Source of the DNA: Octopus vulgaris
Taxonomy: Eukaryota
Assembly (NCBI GenBank): GCA_951406725.2
Contig: OX597829.1
Location: forward strand, 38,936,001 to 39,000,000
Reading direction: 5' to 3'
Length of the DNA: 64,000 nucleotides
Positions 52,543-64,000 of the stretch are shown here, in pieces. Position numbers and translations under genes: made by a program. The notes beneath the pieces are model-generated. The model had not been told where the DNA came from and made no database searches. It worked only from the letters and a program-made list of their open reading frames with translations. Positions within the stretch are counted from its first letter, which is position 1. Every line of letters begins with the position of its first letter.

Positions 52543-52920
52543 TAGATCAGTAATTATAAAGACTTGCTAATAGAAATTGAAAAAATGTGGCATCTCAAGG
52601 CAACTACAGTACCAGTGATTGTAGGATCTCTAGGAATGATAAAAAAAAGGTACTGAAACCTATTTGAAAATGATACCAGGCTTACTATCCCTACAGGAAG
52701 TGCAAAAAATCGTGTTAACTAGAACGGCTCATGTACTGAGAAGAGCATTATCGCTGTGTAAACAACATCCATTCATGAATTTATTTGTTTATTAATTTTT
52801 TTAAATACCTATTTCACCTGTGAATTTGCATGTGTAATCTGGGAATGCATACAATGAGCTTCTCTGCCCTAGGTGTATGGAAAACACTCAGCGAGAAATG
52901 GAAGAAAATTTGAAGAAAGG
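52543..52920 (+). mobile_element. R4/Dong-clade non-LTR retrotransposon 3' fragment (restriction-like endonuclease C-terminus)
   Basis: YKDLLIEIEKMWHLKATTVPVIVGSLGMIKK...LQEVQKIVLTRTAHVLRRAL; embedded in (TAA)n/(ATT)n. Confidence 0.75.
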
Positions 52921-53498
52921 AAAAAAAAAAAAAAAAATAATAATAATAATCTTTTCTACTGTAAGCACGAGACCTGAAATTTGGGGGAGGGAACTAGTCA
53001 ATTAATTGAACCCCAGTACTTGACTGGTACTTATTGACCCTGAAAGGATGGAAGGCAAAATCAACCTTGGCAGATTTGAGCTCAGAACATGGTGACATAA
53101 TATCAGTAAGCATTTCTCCCAGGGTGCTAACGATTCTACCAGCTCACCGCCTTAATAATAATAATGATGATGATAAGAATAATAATAATAATAATGATGA
53201 TAATAATAATGATGATGATAACAATAATAATAATAATAATAATGATAATAATAATAATAATCCTTTCTACTGTAGGCACAAGGGCTTGAAATTTTTTTGG
53301 TGGCGGGAACCAATCGATTACAATGACCCCAATGTTTCACTGGTACTTAATTTATTGAGCCCGAAAGGATGAAAGGCAAAGTCAATAGGAAGGAAGGGAT
53401 TGATTGATTGATTGATTACAGTCACCCACCCACCCCAGTACTTGACGGGTATTTTAATCTATCAACCCTGAAAGGATGAAAGGTTAATTTGCAAAGGG

Positions 53499-53706
53499 AC
53501 TCTTTTACTCTTTTACTTGTTTCAGTCATTTGACTGCGGTCATGCTGGAGCACCGCCTTTAGTCGAGCAAATCGACCCCAGGACATTCTTTGTAAGCCTA
53601 GTACTTATTCTATCGGCCTCTTTTGCCAAACTGCTAAGTGACGGGGACGTAAACACACCAGCATCGGTTGTCAAGCAATGCTAGAGGGACAAGCACAGAC
53701 ACACAA

Positions 53707-53741
<35 letters not shown>

Positions 53742-53915
53742 CATATATACGACAGGCTTCTTTCGGTTTCTGTCTACCAAATCCACTCACAAGGCATTGG
53801 TTGGCCCGGGGCTATAGCAGAAGACACTTGCCCAAGATGCCACGCAGTGGGACTGAACCCAGAACCATGTGGTTGGTTAGCAAGCTACTTACCACACAGC
53901 CACTCCTGCGCCTAT
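53499..53915 (-). mobile_element. SINE family A, full length
   Basis: Same subfamily diagnostics as 48333-48735 (GCAATGCTAG, AAGGCATTGG, CCCAAGATGCC). Confidence 0.9.
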
Positions 53916-54107
53916 AACAATAATAACACAAAATAATAATAATAATAATAACTGCAAGAATAATACTTATAATAATGATAACAGTGAACATGAATGATGG
54001 TATTAAGAATGAGGTTGCTGGAGATGGTGGTGGCAACAAGTGTAGATGGTAATGAAGATGATGACAAGGATGATGATAAGGATGATGATGATGATGATGA
54101 TGACAAA

Positions 54108-54332
54108 GATGACGACGATAAAGATGACGACGATAAAGATGACGACGATAAAGATGACGACGATAAAGATGACGACGATAAAGATGACGACGATAAAGTT
54201 GACGACGATAAAGTTGACGACAATAAAGATGACGACGATAAAGTTGACGACGATAAAGATGACGACAATAAAGATAACGACGATAAAGATGACGACGATG
54301 AAGATGACGACGATGAAGATGACGACAATGAA
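54108..54332. repeat. 15 x 15-bp minisatellite GATGACGACGATAAA within a (GAT)n tract
   Basis: Period 15 visible; translates as (DDDDK)n on the plus strand. Confidence 0.92.
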
Positions 54333-56547
54333 GATGATCATGTTGATGATGATAAGGATGATGATGATGATAAAGAAGAGGGGATTAACGATAATTCTGA
54401 TGATTCTGACAATTTTGTCTACTGCAGTGACAACTACAGTGAAGTGATTTAATAATACAACTATAGTAAAAAGTAAAACAAGGGCAGAGAGGTTCAATAC
54501 CCAGTGCTTCAGTGAAACAAATGCAAAAGAAAGAAAGAAAAGACAAATTGTGCATGACATCATAATTAATAAAATTACAAAGAATAATTGAGGGTCCTTC
54601 ATTTGGTCATAAGGCCACCACTGAAGACTTTCTTGTCTCAGAGTATATATATATATATATATATATCCCACATTTTAGAATAAGTAATACATGATAACCC
54701 TACTTGTGTGTTATGAGGCAACTAGAGGGGTTGACATTGGGAAAAGTGTTCAGCTGTAAAATACCTCTGAAAGTCCCATCAACCATGTCAGTATGGAAAA
54801 ACAGATGTAGAAATGATGATAATGAACTGGGGTTCTTAACCCCCAGAACATTAAACTTGACTGAACAAGATATATGATCCAAAAAAAAAGTGACAGCCAT
54901 TCAGAATTATATTGGTTAAGTAGGAAGGACTACATTATCTAAAAATAATAGACTGTAATTGGAAGATTTTGATTAATGATTTTTGTAGTAGGTTGAGTGA
55001 CGTAGAGGCTCATTTTCTTATTTAAAAATAAGTGTGAAGACAGGACAAAGCAGTGCCTTGTCAGATGTATCCCATTTCATGCCTAAAGTTTTCTGAGAGT
55101 ACTACTGATTCAGTGCTGCCACACTAACTTGGCACTGAGTAGGGATGATATCAGTCTTAATACCCAGTTTTACCAGGAGAGTGGACTGGAGTAATAAGTA
55201 AGGTGGCTTATCCAAGAGCATAATGCACCTTCTACATTAGGAATTGAGCCCACAACCTTATGATCAAATAACTTATAAAGAACCCAGTTGTCTTAACCAC
55301 TAGACCAAGTCAGCCTGTGTTGAATTGAGTCTTTCTCCAAGATAAGACAACACTGACTGATTTAAACTTTTTCACTTAATCAGAGGAGAAAGCAGAGCCT
55401 GTAGCCTTTTCAGTGTCTGAGACTGGGAGGAGGAATGGAAGAAATTGTACTCAAACAGAAGACCTAAACTGAGTGGACTCAGCCAAAGGCACTCAAAGAA
55501 AAGGTGATGGTAGTGGTGGTGGCAATGCTAATTGCTATTGGGACAGCAAGAATATTATAATACAAAAATATTAACAACAATAATCCTTTCTACTACGGGT
55601 ACAAAGTCTGAAATTTTGCAGGGAAGGGCTAGCCAATTACACCGAGCCCAGTGCTTGACTGGTACCTAATTTATCAATCCCAAAATGTTGGAAAGCAGTG
55701 GTGTTGAATCTAACAGCAAATTAAATCAACAACTGAAGAACAAAAACAGTCCCTCCAATGGACCCCAGCAGCTTCCATCTACCATCTTTCACTCACAAGG
55801 TCCTAGATAACTTGAGACCAGTAGATAGTTGGAGAGCCAAACAGTGCAATCCTAGATGCCAAAGTGTGAACTCCAGCCCGAAACCATATACCTGCAAACT
55901 AAACCTCTAAACATCAGAGTCATGTCTGTACCATAACTACGGAACAATTAGTCATTTATAATGCAGTGAAACCACAGAAATGACAGAGGTCTTGAATATT
56001 TTGGTCAGTCCCTTTAAGATCTGAATATAATTCCATCAAGGTTCACTTTGCCTTCCATTCTATTAGTGTTGTTAAAATAATACCAATTTTTTTTTCTACT
56101 GTACCTGATGCAATTGACTGTACCACACTCACCAACGCAAAAATCTGTAACTGTGTGTGTCAATGTGAAAAATACTATCTCAACAGTACAAAACACATGT
56201 CTATTTAACCTTTCAGACATTAAACTGACTATATCCAGACCAAATATTCAGCCTGTTTATGTTGAAACTACCCAGATCTGGTTTATCACACCTACTTGCA
56301 ATACCATTGTAAAAATATAGTTATATCATTTAAATATTCAGGCTACAAGATAATGCATAACTCAAAATAATTTGAATAAATAAGCATTTGATAGAGTAAT
56401 CTAAACACTGAGGAGTGAATCTCATTTCAGCCTTTAGCATTTAAAACTGACCATATCTGAGCCAAATATTGTAGCTGCTTTTCTTTTCAAATCAGCCAGG
56501 TCTGGTCTCTCACATCTACCCAACAAAGTCTAATAATAATAATTAAT

Positions 56548-56800
56548 TCGTTTATTGGCCACAAGGGCTAACAAAAATCAAATAAAACATGTAAGGACAC
56601 AATACAGGACGAAAGTTACAAAAAGGGTTTTGTCCGTTTGAAAAGTCCGTGTAAAAATGCAAGATAACAACGAAAATATAACAAGTAAAAACTCCCAATA
56701 GGGGGAGGCACTTCAAAAGGTTACTCGTGGAAAAACCCATAAAAGCCACGGGAACCTGGTCAAAAGGGGGGTAGAGAGCCCCTTTCTCCTTTTATATTAC
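56548..56800 (-). mobile_element. Probable LINE 3' UTR fragment (possibly Tx1-like) ending TTAGCCCTTGTGGCCAATAAACGAATT
   Basis: AATAAA near the end then (ATT)n; sits between TCTAATAATAATAA direct repeats (about 56530 and 56839) inside a MITE relic; clade is a guess. Confidence 0.4.
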
Positions 56801-56938
56801 CTTTTTTTTTTACAGGTGTATCCTCAGAATTGGTCCGTTCTAATAATAATAAATAATAATAATAATATTCTAATAATAAACAATCACACCATTGAAATCT
56901 TGAAGCTACAAGATGATGCATGATTAATTCAAACCATT

Positions 56939-60703
<3,765 letters not shown>

Positions 60704-62134
60704 ATTATGAATAAAAAAGCATTACTTTTGCCAGAGTAATCTGTATGCTAAAGTGTTAAACTGAATCAGATTTAAATGGCAATAAGAAGGCATCTTTGGT
60801 TATAGGAAACAATAAGAAGAGTATAGGAAGCACATTGACAGAGTCAGTAGAGCAACAGGTAAACTGCCTTGTGATATTTATTGCTATTCTTTGTGTTCTC
60901 AGTTCAAATCCCAACAGAGTCAACTCTGCCTTCATCCTTTTGAGGTTGATAAAACGAAGTACCAATCGAAGGCAGTTTATTAGTGGATCTTAAAGAATGT
61001 TGGGGCAGATGCCTTGTGGTATTTGTTCTAGTTCTTTGCAATCAATGTTCAAATCCTACCATGGCCTTCTTGGTGACTGACTGAATCTATCATCCAGCTT
61101 AACACTACCACCTTGAGTGCCTTTAGCAAAGTCCACTCTGCTGCAAGTATTCAGACTGGGTCAGGAATGCCATCTTATCCCAACTCCTTTCCACTAATCT
61201 TGAATGCCTTGCAAAGGGTCATAAGTACTACCTTCCCTCTTGGCTAAAAGATTTAAAAAAAAAAAAAAAAGGCCAGCATCATATCATTTCTGAGACATAA
61301 CTATTAAAATGAAAATTTTTCATGATATTAAATATATCTTCAGAGGTTATATTTACAAATTTGAATTATCACTAATTTTGATTGATATCTTATCATTTTC
61401 ATCAGGCATTGTGTTTTTTTAGATTTTTTAGATATAGATGGGTAAGGCTGATAGCATTCAGGAAATTTGCAATACATACGTAACAGAAGAACGCTAGTGA
61501 AAATAATTACCACACTTCACAGATCTTTCCTGAATTCAAAACTTCTCAAGAAAAACAGGAACAGACGGTCTAAATTATAACATTAATACAGCAAAAAAGG
61601 TCTTATAAACAAGTAACCTGAAGGTTAGAATATCAAAAATGCTTAGCAAAAAACAAAAAAGAGAATACCAAAATTAAGAATCGATAATCACTGTCCTTAT
61701 GTATTGAAAATTCTCTGAATTTTCCCAGCCAGACTCTTGTGATATAAAGGTAAGAGTCATTGCAGAATTTGGGTTTAAGTTGTATTTTGAATTTAAGAGT
61801 GAGACTGTGCAGGAATGGTCGAACAAAGATGGTGCAAGAAGGAAATCATAAACAACTGTGGAATGACAATGCCATTACAAAGACAGATACAGAAGAAAAT
61901 TCAGAAAAATCCAAGAAACAATTGCAGAGAACATGTGAGACTGTGATTATAATGAAATATAGCTGCCATTATCGAGAGATGAATTTAAATAAATTAAAAT
62001 TGCAAAGATAAATAGATATGCTCTGGATAAGAATATTACTACCAATTGTTTAAAAATGAAGACTCTTAGAATGTACCAATGTTGGACAATGAACATATCA
62101 TAAACCAGTGATTTATGATATGTGCATAATTTAA

Positions 62135-63216
62135 CCCTTTCATTACCAAACCGCCCAAAGCCGCCCGAAAAAAATTTTGGTTAATGTGACCAAACCGCCC
62201 AAACCCACCCGAATTTACCTATTCATATTTAAATGAGAATATCAGAGCAAATCTCTTTAGTACATTCGTGAAAACACGTGATTATGCTTCGTAAACAGTT
62301 CATCTACAGTTTTGTACAAAGATCGACGTGTAATTTTAATTCCCTGAATTTTGGGAGATTTTTTTCCACATTTTTTCGGGATCAATTTTTCTTCAACTTT
62401 GAAAATAGATAGGAGTTTCATGTTATCAAGCATTGATTCCGAATTGGAAAATTTGTGAAACAAATACTGGGTACTGTTGTGGATTTAGTTTTTATACAGG
62501 GAAACTAATGTTAGTCAGCATGGCTTAGGGTATGATGTGGTCTGGAAGTTATTGTTTGAAGCGATCAATGCGGAAACAAACTTACGCAGATTGTAAACAA
62601 ACACAAAATGGGGTTCAAATTTCGGAAAATTTGTGAAGCAAATACTGGGTACTGCGTGGATTTATTTTTTATACAGGGAAAATAATGTTAGTCAGCATGG
62701 CCTAGAGAACGATGTGGTCTGGAATTTATCACTTCCATACCATAACCAGGGCCGTATATTATTTTTTTATCGATTTCTTTAGTTCGGTCAAACTTACGGT
62801 GGATTCCAATATTTCAGTTTATTCCACCTTTATGGTACACCTGTTGTGCATTAAATTCAACTGATGATATAGTGATGTGTACAATTCTTCTTTATCAAAA
62901 TTTTGTTGCATACCCATTTGAATATTAGCAGATGATTCATTTTCTATGGTGATGTTTAAACAAAATTTTAATATTTTTACCTTTTGCTCAATTTACCTGG
63001 ATTTACCTGTAATTAAAGTCACTTTGAGACAAAAGTTATGCAATAGAATTGATTAAGAACCCTTTCTTTAATTATGTTCCAAATATCACATTAATATGTT
63101 GATAAGTAAAAAAGTTACAGTTATTTAATGAAACAAGCCTAGATTCATGATTATTTTAGAATTTAATTGAAACTCATGAGGGGTGTATTTTGGTCAGAAA
63201 TATAGTAACGAAAGGG
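62135..63216. mobile_element. 1.08-kb non-autonomous piggyBac-type element
   Basis: TTAA|CCCTTTCATTAC...GTAACGAAAGGG|TTAA; ~105-bp internal direct repeat at 62446 and 62624; no transposase motif seen. Confidence 0.85.
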
Positions 63217-63397
63217 TTAATCAATGCTATTGTTGTTAATGAAGTGGGAATAATTATGGAAGTAGGATTTTATCAGTGACCGGAGTATAACAAAACCTTT
63301 TTGATACTTAGTTTAAATCTAGCTTGGACAATGTGCATATCTTAAATGGTGCACTACAGTGGATTATTTAATCACCTATCTCTATCTTTCTCTTATT

Positions 63398-63627
63398 CTT
63401 ATTCCTTTATTGCCCACAAGGGGCTAAACATAGAGGGGACAAACAACAACGGACAAACGGATTAAGTCAATTACATCGACGCTAGTGTTCAACTGGTACT
63501 TAATTTATCGACCCCGAAAGGATGAAAAGCAAAGTCGACGTCAGCAGAATTTGAACTCAGAACATAGCAGACGAAATGCCGCTAAGCATTTCGCCCAGCA
63601 TGCTATCGTTTCTGCCAACTCGCCTTT
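63398..63627 (-). mobile_element. SINE family B
   Basis: Homology to 3061-3291. Confidence 0.8.
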
Positions 63628-64000
63628 CTGTTATTCTTTAACCTCTCAACTGGCACAATGCTACCTACCTTAATACAACTACCTCTTCTCAGCTGAAGGG
63701 GTCTTTCACTGGCAAGCTACCAGGTGACACCACTGGTGCTGGTGCCATGTTAAAAGCTAGTACACTCCATGAGGTGGCTGGCAATAGGAAGAGTATCCTG
63801 CCATAGAAACTATACCAAAGCAGATAACAGGGCCTGCTACAGTTCTCTGGTTTGCCAGATTCTGTCAAACCATCCGACTCATGCCAGCATCGAAAACAGA
63901 CATTAAAAACTGACGATGATGAGCAGAAGAGCTGCATTGGTTCCCAGTTTACAGAAAGATCGAATCATTTTTTTTGACACTGTTGAAAAACTAATAGTAA

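Noticed and set aside
54108-54332. Synthetic FLAG-tag or vector contamination
   Set aside because: No DYK codons, units diverge naturally and grade into (GAT)n, and there is no vector context

Overview
AT-rich, repeat-dominated eukaryotic DNA. The SINE, RTE and microsatellite repertoire looks like a coleoid cephalopod, probably Octopus (inferred from recognised repeat families, not from a search). I can support only one host exon: a 186-nt phase-0/0 internal exon on the minus strand (49468-49653) of an unidentified gene, so most of the window is probably intronic. The rest is at least three tRNA-headed SINE families; relics of RTE, BovB-like, Tx1-like, R4/Dong-like and Penelope-like retroelements; Tc1/mariner, piggyBac-type and Helitron-type DNA elements; and very long micro/minisatellites. 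All long ORFs in the track are repeat artefacts. The top candidate is a ~650-bp insertion (8915-9566, 12-bp target-site duplication). It joins a Pol III tRNA-like head to a tail with a Penelope-type minimal hammerhead-ribozyme motif, plus an inverted second copy of that tail. This suggests a ribozyme-carrying SINE mobilised by Penelope-like elements. Both ribozyme copies are mutated, so activity is inferred from their merged consensus only.
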